IMG/VR virus record: IMGVR_UViG_3300037755_000591
Span: 17,365-81,364 of that record
Direction: 5' to 3' (one strand)
Origin: a virus
Taxonomy: Duplodnaviria; Caudoviricetes
Length of the DNA: 64,000 bases
Shown here: piece after piece, positions 1-9,700 of the stretch
Layout: each line of letters starts with the position of its first letter
Numbering within the stretch: the first letter of the stretch is position 1
Notes under the pieces: model-generated
What the model was told of the DNA's origin: nothing
The model's database searches: none
Seen by the model: the letters and a program-made list of their open reading frames with translations, nothing else
Program-made: the position numbers and the translations under genes

Positions 1-20
1 GCGCGACGAACTTAAGGGTC

Positions 21-266
21 ATGGTTCATAGGAAGGGTCGTGAGGTGGTAGCTAAATTCACCGAAACAGAAGTCTACATGGCTAATCGAGTTAATGACAT
101 GTTAAGGAAAGCTGAAAGTTACTTATCCATATTCACCCGCGATAGTCAGTGGGCTATTGGGTCGTTTATTGACGATGTAGTCTGTCAATCAGATCACTAT
201 GGGGATGTTCAAAAAGTAGCTTTCGATGAACTTGATCGACTAGGGCGTACAGGAAAAGAGGATTGA
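21..266 (+). CDS. hypothetical protein
   Basis: 81-aa ORF, first of a tightly packed + strand run. Confidence 0.6.
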   Translation: MVHRKGREVVAKFTETEVYMANRVNDMLRKAESYLSIFTRDSQWAIGSFIDDVVCQSDHYGDVQKVAFDELDRLGRTGKED

Positions 267-267
267 A

Positions 268-474
268 ATGGAACAACCAGAAGTTTGTATTTTTTGCGGT
301 AGCGACGACATCAATGATGATGGTATTGAGGTGGATGTTGATCCTATAGGTTATTGGCACACGGCACATAATGATTTTCGATGTAACGCCTGTAAAGGCA
401 TGTGGCAATACAACGCTACAGTTTACATCGAGTTCGATTATTCGAAGCCGCAAGTGACTATTCGTGGCGGGTAA
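268..474 (+). CDS. small zinc-ribbon protein
   Basis: CIFC and CNAC pairs; GAGG 7-10 nt upstream of ATG. Confidence 0.65.
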   Translation: MEQPEVCIFCGSDDINDDGIEVDVDPIGYWHTAHNDFRCNACKGMWQYNATVYIEFDYSKPQVTIRGG

Positions 475-552
475 ATAGAAAGGACGGCGCATAGCCGTCC
501 CCATATTCAAGTAATTGCAAGTCCACTAAGTATAACACAGGAGAATAAACCA

Positions 553-1023
553 ATGTCTATGTCACCAGATGAATACACACAAAATTTTGCCGACCGATTC
601 TATGTGGCGCGACGAGAGCGCCAAGAAGCCCATCAAGACTGGACTCCGCAGCTAGGAGAACCCGTCAATGTTTTGTCAAATTTCGAATCATTGCGGGATG
701 ATCGATTCGTATACTACGAAGGCTACGTCCTCAGTGATGACGACGGCTTGTATAGTATTTATGATGTCATGGCCAAGAAGGTAACATATGCGTGGAAAAG
801 AGAAGAACTCATTCCATCTTCCATGTTTGGCGGTAACGCCAAGGACGGGCATGTTTTCATGAAGAATGCGGCAGGCACAACAGTATGTGCCATCACCGTT
901 AAGGGGAAGCAATCAACCTTTATCACCGCCCAATTGGACGTGGAATTATTTCCCGTCCTCGAACACCTCGTATGGTTCATGTACGTGGTATTTTGGGGGA
1001 AGGTGTTCTATGCCGAGAGCTAA
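553..1023 (+). CDS. hypothetical protein
   Basis: 156-aa ORF with AGGAG RBS upstream. Confidence 0.7.
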   Translation: MSMSPDEYTQNFADRFYVARRERQEAHQDWTPQLGEPVNVLSNFESLRDDRFVYYEGYVLSDDDGLYSIYDVMAKKVTYAWKREELIPSSMFGGNAKDGHVFMKNAAGTTVCAITVKGKQSTFITAQLDVELFPVLEHLVWFMYVVFWGKVFYAES

Positions 1024-1327
1024 GAAAATCCACGATGAAGATATTCCCCACATCGTTCGTTTGTTTCAGCGAGGCTATAGCCAAAAAGCAGTGGCCAAAC
1101 AATATGATATTTCATCATCAGGACTATCGTCGGCACTATGTCGGCGCGGTATCTATGTGAAGAACATTCAAGCCGTTGATGATTATATAGCCGATCATCC
1201 AGCACTCGTGACATTGCCGCCACCGAAGCCGCGACGAGTGCTGATAGAGGTTATCCCGCACAAAAATGGAGTAAGATATGGACGAACGAATAAGACGGCG
1301 TTTGCTCAACATCAAAAAACACGTTGA
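1010..1327 (+). CDS. helix-turn-helix DNA-binding protein
   Basis: Likely start MPRAKK at 1010; LFQRGYSQKAVAKQYDISSSGLSSAL is an HTH pattern. Confidence 0.6.
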   Translation: MPRAKKIHDEDIPHIVRLFQRGYSQKAVAKQYDISSSGLSSALCRRGIYVKNIQAVDDYIADHPALVTLPPPKPRRVLIEVIPHKNGVRYGRTNKTAFAQHQKTR

Positions 1328-1817
1328 TGCCGGAACGGGCAAAGAAAGAGAAGTTGCCAAGCAGAAGCTCAAAGAACTCATGTCCCAGTATAACATCACT
1401 GAAGCCGACTTAAAGCCAGAAGCATTAGTGTTTGTCACATTATCCTATGGTAATCGGTGGCAACGTCAACTGTTGTATGGCTGTATCTTCAAGGTGCTAA
1501 ATCAGGCTGAGGTTGGCTACTATCGCGTGAATAATCGCTCGATAGAGTTAGAAGTCACCCCGCTAGAAGCGGAACAAATAAAACGTCTCTACGAGGCCGT
1601 GAAGCGGCGATGGGATGAGGAACTGGATCGCATGATAAAGGTATTCATTCAAAAACATAAGTTGTTTTCGGATGATACACCAGTATCAGAAGTTAAACTC
1701 AGCCCGGAAGAACTAGCCATGATGCGCCAAATTTATCGCTGGATGAAAGATGCACCAGTGATGATGGATAATCTCATGATCGGTGCAGGAGACAAATTTG
1801 CATTACCTTCAGGTTAA
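1278..1817 (+). CDS. DUF2786-like phage protein
   Basis: N-terminus RLLNIKKHVDAGTGKEREVAKQKLKELMSQYNITEADL resembles DUF2786. Confidence 0.6.
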   Translation: MDERIRRRLLNIKKHVDAGTGKEREVAKQKLKELMSQYNITEADLKPEALVFVTLSYGNRWQRQLLYGCIFKVLNQAEVGYYRVNNRSIELEVTPLEAEQIKRLYEAVKRRWDEELDRMIKVFIQKHKLFSDDTPVSEVKLSPEELAMMRQIYRWMKDAPVMMDNLMIGAGDKFALPSG

Positions 1818-1844
1818 TTACTATACGAAAAGCGTCACCTTTGC

Positions 1845-1874
1845 TTGACCCCTGAGCATAAACCCATGTAAACT
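1845..1874 (+). promoter_or_regulatory. sigma70-type promoter for the 1906 gene
   Basis: TTGACC-18 bp-TAAACT. Confidence 0.55.
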
Positions 1875-1905
1875 ATCCTAAACGCGATGAATAGGAGGGT
1901 TAACT

Positions 1906-2310
1906 ATGTGGATCAAAAATCGGGTGGTTGTAGCAATGGTGGCGCTTTTTTTGTTGGCCTTGGGGGGAGTTGGTGGTTATATGTTAGCCAACAGGGATTC
2001 GATATCCGAATCCATCACCGCGACTTCTGTGCCTCCAACCCTCAGTGAAACCGAGATCGAAACACAGAAAGACACGATGAATGATTATTTCATCGAATAC
2101 ATGCAAGAAAATCACTGTGAGCCTACAGAGATACCCTTCTGGACGAGCGTGATCCACCAGCAGGGATTTTTGATGCAGCTCTACAATAGTTCTTGTGGGG
2201 CGGGGTTCGATATAAAAATCACCTGTGCAATGGGAAACTTCCTCGATCAACCCACCATCTGCATCGAGGGACATGATAGCCAGTTTTTCATCGAGCAATA
2301 TTTTGATTGA
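1906..2310 (+). CDS. membrane-anchored protein (moron-like)
   Basis: N-terminal TM helix VVVAMVALFLLALGGVGGYML; GGAGG RBS; own promoter and terminator. Confidence 0.7.
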   Translation: MWIKNRVVVAMVALFLLALGGVGGYMLANRDSISESITATSVPPTLSETEIETQKDTMNDYFIEYMQENHCEPTEIPFWTSVIHQQGFLMQLYNSSCGAGFDIKITCAMGNFLDQPTICIEGHDSQFFIEQYFD

Positions 2311-2322
2311 GATTGAGGTAAA

Positions 2323-2358
2323 TAAAAACCTTCGGATTCGTTAGTCCGAAGGTTTTTA
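2323..2358. terminator. bidirectional intrinsic terminator
   Basis: Perfect 14-bp inverted repeat TAAAAACCTTCGGA/TCCGAAGGTTTTTA between convergent operons. Confidence 0.85.
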
Positions 2359-2527
2359 ATATAGGAGATAAACCTACCATATCTTGTCTGCTCACGGCTT
2401 GGGAATGTCTACAAAGGGGATGTGTGCCGTGTTTGGAGGTTGAAATAATCATACCACAAGGTAAAACGCAAAACAATCAATTAACGTTCGGTTGTCTGTG
2501 ATATATACCTAATTGAATTGCTATAAT

Positions 2528-2554
2528 GAAAACGAGGGCTGCTATGCGCCCTCG
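2528..2554 (-). terminator. intrinsic terminator of the leftward operon
   Basis: CGAGGGC/GCCCTCG stem followed by TTTTC on the - strand. Confidence 0.55.
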
Positions 2555-2680
2555 CCTGTCAATCATTTCATTGGGGACTACCTTATCATAAATTATTCCA
2601 AAGCGATGTTATGACCATTCGGCATGAGCATTCTCCGTTATAACTTAATCTCTGTAGAAACGATATGAACAGTCTATATT

Positions 2681-3256
2681 TTACTCGTCATCAGTACGCA
2701 AAACAAGTGTTCCAAATATTTCACCCGTTGTTGGAATGTCCAACTCGCCTACTTGTAACATGATCCACCCGTGCTTTAAGCGACGATAGGACATTTTTGC
2801 AGCCTTCGCAATCGTTAACGAGGTTGTCTTGCCTTCTTTGGAGGCTTTGATATGGGCCTCCAATTCTGCTTGTGACCAATTATTCGCTACCGCACGATCC
2901 ATCCAGTAGTGAGGCCGCTTAGAATGCGCGGCAACGCAATGCATTGTCCATGTATGATCTGCATACCGCTCATCAAATATCTTTGATGTTCGGTATCGCC
3001 GTCGGATCAGCGACGGCGACCGGTTCACATCGGCAGCCACCTTATCAAAGAAGTCGCTCCGTTCCTTCGACCGTGCCACGCCCGGAAAGCGTTCTTGAAC
3101 TTGTTCATAAATCAGGTCGCCTTGCGCCCACAATGCCCCATTTTCGCCGTCTAGGGCTTGGCGTAAGCGATCAACAAAGTCAGTGTAATTTTGGTCTATA
3201 TAGTCGTTTGCAAACTCGTCTATATAAACATTTTCGATAGCCATACCAGCAATCAT
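2681..3256 (-). CDS. LmbU-like DNA-binding protein
   Basis: W-x-x-GD...TWTMHCVAA...YWMDRAVANNWSQAELEAHI pattern. Confidence 0.45.
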   Translation of the reverse strand: MIAGMAIENVYIDEFANDYIDQNYTDFVDRLRQALDGENGALWAQGDLIYEQVQERFPGVARSKERSDFFDKVAADVNRSPSLIRRRYRTSKIFDERYADHTWTMHCVAAHSKRPHYWMDRAVANNWSQAELEAHIKASKEGKTTSLTIAKAAKMSYRRLKHGWIMLQVGELDIPTTGEIFGTLVLRTDDE

Positions 3257-3257
3257 A

Positions 3258-3722
3258 TCAGACCTCTTTAGCTTTCACTTCTAGGAAACGATATTCGGGA
3301 TACAAAACTTGAAATAACTTAGCACAGATGATGTAGTCCCGCGTTCGATGACCTTTTACATCGACAACAGTAGGGACACCAGCTTCAATATAATAAAAAT
3401 CAGCGGTATAGGTAACCTCTCTGATTGGTTTTCCATCATAATTTTTGAATTTGGGTATCAGTTCAAATTGCGGCTGAAGTAACAATCCTGATATGTCGCC
3501 AATAGTTTGACGGATATCGAGTTGGATAAAATAGTCTCGTTCCGCTTCGGAATCAAAATCCAGCAACACATCCCCATGGGAATACGTCACCGGATTGTTG
3601 TTGAATTTCCGACGCTTTGGCTTGCCACCATCCGCCTGCTGTTTTGCTAATTCTCGCAACAAATCAGGCGGTAAGTGTTTGTTGATCTCAGGATCAATAT
3701 GATTAAGAATAGTGGTGTCCAT
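3258..3722 (-). CDS. DUF1064-family PD-(D/E)xK endonuclease
   Basis: FDSEAE, LQPQFEL, YTADFYY, VVDVKG motifs. Confidence 0.8.
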   Translation of the reverse strand: MDTTILNHIDPEINKHLPPDLLRELAKQQADGGKPKRRKFNNNPVTYSHGDVLLDFDSEAERDYFIQLDIRQTIGDISGLLLQPQFELIPKFKNYDGKPIREVTYTADFYYIEAGVPTVVDVKGHRTRDYIICAKLFQVLYPEYRFLEVKAKEV

Positions 3723-3797
3723 GTGTGACTCAAATAGTCAGGAAGAATATCCTGATTCTATCACTAGACTATTCGAATTGCAATCAAGGCAACTGGG

Positions 3798-4916
3798 TCA
3801 CGAGGGAATTACTTTGACAATATACCGTTTAATTTCTCGCAAGGCATCAATGATACCGCGAAAGTAATCTCGGTCAGCGGTAGATTGGGTGTTCATTTGT
3901 TCTTCAACAGCCGAATCAAGCTCACTTTCAATGTGTTGCCATATTTCGTTTAATGTCACCATCGCCTGTTCTGGATCAAGGTCTAGGATATTTGAGGACG
4001 TTTCTACAGAAGCTTCTTGTTTCTGAGATGGGGGATAAACACCAAAGTCAGGGGTCTTTGTCGGCACATCATCGCCTAAAAACGTATAACCCTCAGTCGG
4101 ATAGGCGATGTGATTATCATCCACATAATCTTTATTGTTTTTTATGGAAACCATTAAATCATCTTGTGGACTTGGAGTCTCATCAGTGTCACTTAGCACG
4201 CGCTGCACCGTGCGGGTAACTTGGCTTTCATGGTGCTGTCGTGCCTTTTCTTCTTCCTTGCGCCGCCGAGCTTCTGCGTCCCGCACCGCTTGCTCTTCCC
4301 GTTCCCGCTTCCAGCGCTCTTGATTAGCAGCGCGTATGTTGGCGCGATCCATAATCTTCCCATTACTGGTGAGAATATCACAGTCTTGGAGTGAATAAGG
4401 ATCAACCCCTTCCGGGAATAAATGTGACTTTTCTTCGATAAGTTTGCTGATGATGCGTCGCACCGTCGCGCCGCCGATACCAAGCTCTGCCGCCAATAAT
4501 TCATCGGCGGGTTTGAGGGTGTAAACACCATCCTCGACGACAAAATTGCCATATTGGTAAACGGCACGATCCTCAATAATTTTGCGCTTATCTTCTCTGG
4601 TGAGTTGAATGCCATGTTCATTATTAACTTGCTCAGAATACATCCGAGCAGCTTTCCAGTCGCCTTCGTAAACTATCGCTTCTATCGACTCTTCTTCAAG
4701 ACGGCGACTCATCTCAACGCGATGCCAGCCATCCCCGATCCGATATTTCTCATCGTCAGCATCCCAAAATAAAACGATAGGGGGTGGGACTTCCCCGTGT
4801 TTTTTTCGTTCGATGTACATGTTAAGTACATCTTCATCAAGGGCAACTCTTGGTTGAACCCTCGTGTCGAGGTCAATTTCATCTAGCCTGATGTTCATAA
4901 TTGTTTGATCTGACAC
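3798..4916 (-). CDS. ParB/Srx N-terminal domain protein with HTH
   Basis: IRLDEI...QPR...PPIVL...IGDGWHRV; LAAELGIGGATVRRII HTH. Confidence 0.7.
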   Translation of the reverse strand: MSDQTIMNIRLDEIDLDTRVQPRVALDEDVLNMYIERKKHGEVPPPIVLFWDADDEKYRIGDGWHRVEMSRRLEEESIEAIVYEGDWKAARMYSEQVNNEHGIQLTREDKRKIIEDRAVYQYGNFVVEDGVYTLKPADELLAAELGIGGATVRRIISKLIEEKSHLFPEGVDPYSLQDCDILTSNGKIMDRANIRAANQERWKREREEQAVRDAEARRRKEEEKARQHHESQVTRTVQRVLSDTDETPSPQDDLMVSIKNNKDYVDDNHIAYPTEGYTFLGDDVPTKTPDFGVYPPSQKQEASVETSSNILDLDPEQAMVTLNEIWQHIESELDSAVEEQMNTQSTADRDYFRGIIDALREIKRYIVKVIPS

Positions 4917-5023
4917 ATATATCCCTTTCTTAACATTCCCATTACATCAACAATTTTAACACAAAAAATCACCAGTGTGAGGTGATTTCTCTATTCTGTA
5001 CATATTTTAACGCAATTTAAATG

Positions 5024-5587
5024 CTACTCTGAAGACTGATCTTCATCATGATTTAATACCTCTATTGCCTGTTTAAGATACCATTTAATAAACCGGTTAA
5101 TGTGGCGTAGTTGCTCAGTTAGTTCGCTATTAATCTTGTTGAGCCGTTCAGTTACTTCGCTTAGCATAAATGAATCAGGCTTTTTTGCATCGAGTGAATC
5201 TTCATCAACAAAAAGCGTATCATAAATATCATCTACTTCATATCGCCCTGACCGGACGACGGACAAAAATGCTTCATCATCAATTCTGGCTAGTCGCCGG
5301 GCTTCATGCAAAAAGGCAGACTGTGAACTACCCACTAAACCATTCCATTCACGATCATCCCCATCTTGTAGATTAGCTACCTGAAACAAGGTCTGAGCAA
5401 AAGCAACCAGTAACTTATATGCCCATCGAAAATTGCGTTCAGCTTCATCAGCATAAGTTAGCGTATCTGTATCTGTGAGCGTATTATTCCAAGATGGCAA
5501 ATTAACGACCGCATTATTTAACCAACTCAAACAGTCCTTACATAAAGGTCCTTCTTTAGTTTTCTTCGAACAACGAACGCAATTCAT
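5024..5587 (-). CDS. hypothetical protein with N-terminal CxxC...CxxC
   Basis: 187-aa ORF, CVRC and CKDC. Confidence 0.65.
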   Translation of the reverse strand: MNCVRCSKKTKEGPLCKDCLSWLNNAVVNLPSWNNTLTDTDTLTYADEAERNFRWAYKLLVAFAQTLFQVANLQDGDDREWNGLVGSSQSAFLHEARRLARIDDEAFLSVVRSGRYEVDDIYDTLFVDEDSLDAKKPDSFMLSEVTERLNKINSELTEQLRHINRFIKWYLKQAIEVLNHDEDQSSE

Positions 5588-5599
5588 GAATACACCCTT

Positions 5600-6025
5600 T
5601 TAGCTAAATAAAGATAATTGATTTGACGGCGGCTTTATTTCCTGCCAAACCACATCCAGCCGCTTTCCTATCATTTGGGCAACCGGTAAGCGATGACAAG
5701 TTGCCAAGGTCGGGCAGGCACACATCAATATCACCCCTACGCCTTTATCAAAAACATACCCAATGTCGGCGAGTCCCTTCTCTGGATTCGCAATTTCAAT
5801 GGGGCCGTCGTTGTTATAGTTTCGGTTTCCCAACGCCGGACACCAATAATAATATCTTTTGCCCATCAGTTTTTTTAAATTAGGGTATCGCCACTCGGAG
5901 CGGCGCGATACCGACCTGAAACGAATATCTACAACAATAGCATCAAAGTCTATTGCGACCGCCAGAATCTTTTCAGGGGTCCAGCCTTTCTTGTTATAAC
6001 CGATGGTGTAAAGGCTAGGACTCAT
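5600..6025 (-). CDS. DUF488-family protein
   Basis: LYTIGY, VDIR, LGN, LMCAC...CHR motifs. Confidence 0.75.
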   Translation of the reverse strand: MSPSLYTIGYNKKGWTPEKILAVAIDFDAIVVDIRFRSVSRRSEWRYPNLKKLMGKRYYYWCPALGNRNYNNDGPIEIANPEKGLADIGYVFDKGVGVILMCACPTLATCHRLPVAQMIGKRLDVVWQEIKPPSNQLSLFS

Positions 6026-6416
6026 TTTTATATAGCCGTTTCACGAGTTCCTTGTACCATCTGCCGACTGTCATTTGTGTCGCCGATTCGTTTCCAGTCA
6101 GAAATAGCTCTGTGCAGACGGCATAATGTAGGCGTTCATGATGTGACCAACTTTTGCGATCATTATACCAATCGACCATATGGTCAATGTTCACTTGAGT
6201 TGGTTTAACTAGCCCTTCTATAGGCGTTTTATCTGCGCTCCCCTCAACGACCAACTTTTCGTACATGTGCTTTGCAAGGCTGTATGAAGCCAATGACTCT
6301 CGATGCTCCATAAGTGTCACGGCTTCTGATCTACTTTTGATAAGGTCAATACGACCTATCATTTCTTCGATTTTTGACTCTAGCCAGTGCAGATATTCAT
6401 CCATTTCAATCCCCAT
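6015..6416 (-). CDS. hypothetical protein
   Basis: 133-aa ORF overlapping both neighbours in operon. Confidence 0.6.
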   Translation of the reverse strand: MGIEMDEYLHWLESKIEEMIGRIDLIKSRSEAVTLMEHRESLASYSLAKHMYEKLVVEGSADKTPIEGLVKPTQVNIDHMVDWYNDRKSWSHHERLHYAVCTELFLTGNESATQMTVGRWYKELVKRLYKNES

Positions 6417-6651
6417 CTTCGTTTAGTTTGTCCTCAATTGCCATTCTTTGTGCAGCCAGATGGATAGGACTAATCACTCGCATCGTGTCCTTCGGAAGGG
6501 GAGACCCTAACACATCGGCTATTCCTACCCAAAACATATAATGCTCCAAGCACTTCCTCGTGATGCCGTCAGTCTCAGTCCACACAAACTCGATGCTTGC
6601 TATATCCTCGCATCCTTCAGTCTCGCATGGGTAATATTCTGTGGGAATCAT
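6406..6651 (-). CDS. hypothetical protein
   Basis: 81-aa ORF with ATGA overlap to upstream gene. Confidence 0.6.
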   Translation of the reverse strand: MIPTEYYPCETEGCEDIASIEFVWTETDGITRKCLEHYMFWVGIADVLGSPLPKDTMRVISPIHLAAQRMAIEDKLNEDGD

Positions 6652-7391
6652 TTGCTGCCTCTTTCTAGACCTAGCTCCAATTGATAGGTCGCCACTGGTA
6701 ATCTGCGGCGTTTTGGTGCTTGATTAAACATAGTCATGATATTCTCACAGGAGCGGCGAAACGCTTCAAGGTGAACAGCTTCTTTGCGATAATCACCGGC
6801 TTCTGCCAGACGCGGCCAGTGCTTGTTTTTTGCTGTCGGATGCTGCTCATACTGAAAAAAACGTCCGCCCCGTGCATGTTTATTCCATGCGTTGCCATCG
6901 CAACTTCGGACATCTAGCCCGCCGTAACCAGCGATTTTATATTGCTCCAATGGACTACCACCTAGCAAGTGCATTGGCCAGCCGACAAATTCTGCGAGTG
7001 GCACATCTGTACCACCGTACTTAGTCCAAACCGAGTAGGCTAACCGTACCCGCTTGCCGGCAATGATGCGCGGTAGGCGTTGAATGCCGTACCATACTTT
7101 CGGAATGATTAAAACTTCATCCACGTATGGCGCGATGTCTTCAGCCCAACCTAGAATTTCTGGAAGTTGATCGTCTTGCATCCAGTCCAACACGGTCGCC
7201 ATAGAAGGCTTGTGTTTCGCTACAGCCTCAACGTAGGACGTGCGGCGAGGTGCTTTGTATTCGTTGTCTGCAAAATATAAAGGTTCATGGTAGACGATAG
7301 CTGGCAACCGTGCGCCCGGCAAAAACCCATAGGAGAGCGCAATCTCCATATAGGTGTTATTGTTGCCAGCACAGTAGATTAAATCTATCAT
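6648..7391 (-). CDS. TGT/DpdA-like TIM-barrel protein (DUF6610-like)
   Basis: YFADN, ATVLD, IIPK, HLLGGSP, SCDGN motifs resembling tRNA-guanine transglycosylase-fold phage proteins. Confidence 0.45.
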   Translation of the reverse strand: MIDLIYCAGNNNTYMEIALSYGFLPGARLPAIVYHEPLYFADNEYKAPRRTSYVEAVAKHKPSMATVLDWMQDDQLPEILGWAEDIAPYVDEVLIIPKVWYGIQRLPRIIAGKRVRLAYSVWTKYGGTDVPLAEFVGWPMHLLGGSPLEQYKIAGYGGLDVRSCDGNAWNKHARGGRFFQYEQHPTAKNKHWPRLAEAGDYRKEAVHLEAFRRSCENIMTMFNQAPKRRRLPVATYQLELGLERGSK

Positions 7392-7430
7392 TCCAATCTT
7401 CTTTTCAACCGGGAAGAAATTCTTCTTGGT

Positions 7431-7640
7431 TCAGTCTGTCGATGGGGGTGGTATATCATTTATCATGCGATAACTGGCACATTGATTTTCGTAATATTCA
7501 ATGAGCTTAAATGTTCCTTCTCGCTGAATAAAGACATGTTCAAAGTTCTCTGGAAGAATTGACATATCATCAATTTTTCGTAGCTCCTGCTTCAGTTGTG
7601 GTATCCGATACATCATGTGATCGTATTGTTTCTGATTCAT
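7431..7640 (-). CDS. hypothetical protein
   Basis: 69-aa ORF with AGGAAG upstream. Confidence 0.5.
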   Translation of the reverse strand: MNQKQYDHMMYRIPQLKQELRKIDDMSILPENFEHVFIQREGTFKLIEYYENQCASYRMINDIPPPSTD

Positions 7641-7674
7641 GCGGATCTTCCTAGCAAGTCCATTCTAGCTACGC

Positions 7675-7857
7675 TCACGATTTCTCAAACATAATGACAC
7701 ACACATCACAAAAGGTATCACCTTGCGATTCATCCTCTATATCGTAGAAATTAACATTATCAACAGGCGAATATCCGCCCATGCACCGGCTGCAAAACTC
7801 AACGCCGCAGTGTGAACATGTCAAGATGTCATCATTACAAACTTCGCAGATTTCCAT
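7675..7857 (-). CDS. small Cys-rich zinc-finger protein
   Basis: Four CxxC pairs in 60 aa; GGAG RBS. Confidence 0.6.
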   Translation of the reverse strand: MEICEVCNDDILTCSHCGVEFCSRCMGGYSPVDNVNFYDIEDESQGDTFCDVCVIMFEKS

Positions 7858-7915
7858 TTCATATCTCCATTTTGTCTAAATGTTATCAAATCAGACGGGT
7901 AACAGTATGTCCGCA

Positions 7916-8161
7916 CTATTCATCTGGCACTTTGCCTTGATACTGCCGACACCAAAACTCTTTGCCATCCAAGGATACCTCTATGGGATTGATACAGCGG
8001 AACTCGTCTTCTCTTCTGACATAGACGGAGCGCTCACCTTGTCTAATAACTTCTACAGGTTGCCCACAATGAATACATTCTTTACATTCACCCGACAGAA
8101 GCTTAGCTAACCGTGTCATCACAATAGCGGCCTGCTTCATAACATCGTCGTTATCATCCAT
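7916..8161 (-). CDS. hypothetical zinc-ribbon protein
   Basis: CIHC plus two further Cys; in operon. Confidence 0.55.
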   Translation of the reverse strand: MDDNDDVMKQAAIVMTRLAKLLSGECKECIHCGQPVEVIRQGERSVYVRREDEFRCINPIEVSLDGKEFWCRQYQGKVPDE

Positions 8162-8164
8162 CCT

Positions 8165-8458
8165 TCAGTTCGTCCCTCTATCGACAGCAGAGAACCCACC
8201 AGCCATTATCTGAGTAAAGGTTCCGTTATCTGCCGTCATCAAATCCGTACATATCTGGGACGCAGTTTGAACACCAAGCTCAGTTAATTTGACACCCTCG
8301 GCGCACGGCTCCAATATCCCAAGTTCAAGTAATGACTGTTTCACATCATGGATGGCAATGAAGTCACTGGTGGGATCAACATCTTGTGTTGGATTAATGT
8401 AAAAAGAGGCCAGCCATCTAATCTGGTCTTGGTTGAGGTCAAGGATTAATCGACTCAT
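8165..8458 (-). CDS. small winged-helix-like protein
   Basis: SLLELGILEPCAEGVKLTELG wing pattern; GAGG RBS. Confidence 0.5.
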   Translation of the reverse strand: MSRLILDLNQDQIRWLASFYINPTQDVDPTSDFIAIHDVKQSLLELGILEPCAEGVKLTELGVQTASQICTDLMTADNGTFTQIMAGGFSAVDRGTN

Positions 8459-8498
8459 GAGATACCTCTATTTGAACTAATTCAATTAAAGAATTTAT

Positions 8499-8726
8499 CT
8501 AACGTTCCTGATCCCAATCCGGCGCTTCTAGTCTGCCAGTTGTGTCTTCATAGCGCATCACGGGACGGATCATAATAATATGTTGTGCAGCATGGATAGC
8601 AGATAAGAACTCAGTTTTGTCGCGATAGTGCTGCACTGGAAGCTTTTGAAACTTATTCCATGCTTCTGAAATTAATTCCATTACCTCATGTTCTTCAGGG
8701 GTGAATATATCCTTTTTCTCGTTCAT
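8499..8726 (-). CDS. hypothetical protein
   Basis: 75-aa ORF in operon. Confidence 0.6.
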   Translation of the reverse strand: MNEKKDIFTPEEHEVMELISEAWNKFQKLPVQHYRDKTEFLSAIHAAQHIIMIRPVMRYEDTTGRLEAPDWDQER

Positions 8727-8728
8727 AT

Positions 8729-9010
8729 TTAGAAGTTTTTTGCCTTAGCCTTAGCCTTGAGAAAATCAAGCCCTGTCCAGTTATCAATAATCTCGCTACA
8801 CTTCTGAATAGCTTCTTCTCGTGTTTTGAATGGTTCCTTAATGAATAGTCGCGCCCACCCTATATCCTCAATTTCCCAAGGCGATCCCTGAAACGGGGTT
8901 GGTGTGCCGTCGTCTAGTGTTGCGATTACCCACCATAGCTCATATTCCGCTTCAACGCGGCGAATATCTTCAAGATCATCTTCAGTTATGTTGATGCGTT
9001 TCTTGCTCAT
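8729..9010 (-). CDS. hypothetical protein
   Basis: 93-aa ORF, ATGA coupling. Confidence 0.6.
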   Translation of the reverse strand: MSKKRINITEDDLEDIRRVEAEYELWWVIATLDDGTPTPFQGSPWEIEDIGWARLFIKEPFKTREEAIQKCSEIIDNWTGLDFLKAKAKAKNF

Positions 9011-9267
9011 TTCATATTTAATCCTAAATTAAATCCAATAACAGAAACCTCATCATCAGTAGCCGCCTCGCACCAATGAATAAAATCCGCTAACGAACAG
9101 CCTCCCATAAAAACGATTACCCACTCATCGTCAGGAATTTCGCCATTATGTTCCACAACCTTAACAATCAAATCATGGCTTTCTGACAGAGCATATGTGC
9201 CGCCGCCAACTTTAATATGCCAGCCGTCAAGTAATGCACGTAAAATAATCACACTTTTGGGAAGCAT
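9007..9267 (-). CDS. hypothetical protein
   Basis: 86-aa ORF, TAATG coupling. Confidence 0.6.
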   Translation of the reverse strand: MLPKSVIILRALLDGWHIKVGGGTYALSESHDLIVKVVEHNGEIPDDEWVIVFMGGCSLADFIHWCEAATDDEVSVIGFNLGLNMK

Positions 9268-9653
9268 TACTTTTTCTTCTTCTGCATATTAGAAGGTTTT
9301 GGGCGTGCTTGCTTGGATTCCTTCATTTTTAATTTGCGCTCAACTTCCTCGTTCCAGTCGCGAATTGCTGCTGGAACTGAGTTGAGTAAATTGTGCAATT
9401 CTTCCCCAAAGTCTTCCGGGTGCAATAACATGTCAGGAATGTTGGCGCATACAACCGTACACACCGCATTGTTCAATACCGCCTTTTCAATACGGGGGGG
9501 CTTGTATTTTTCGATTTGCCGATTCAACAAAACGCCCAAGACTTCCGGCGTTAATTGATGGCAGATAATGTAAAAGTATCCAAGCAAAATTGGATGCCGC
9601 TTCACATCAAATTCTAAATTCTCAATGATCTTTTCAAGGTCTACTAATTCCAT
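9267..9653 (-). CDS. hypothetical protein
   Basis: 128-aa ORF in operon. Confidence 0.6.
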   Translation of the reverse strand: MELVDLEKIIENLEFDVKRHPILLGYFYIICHQLTPEVLGVLLNRQIEKYKPPRIEKAVLNNAVCTVVCANIPDMLLHPEDFGEELHNLLNSVPAAIRDWNEEVERKLKMKESKQARPKPSNMQKKKK

Positions 9654-9700
9654 CTGACTTGCTCAACAATCTTCTGTTTTTCGAGAGGAAATGTTTTTAT

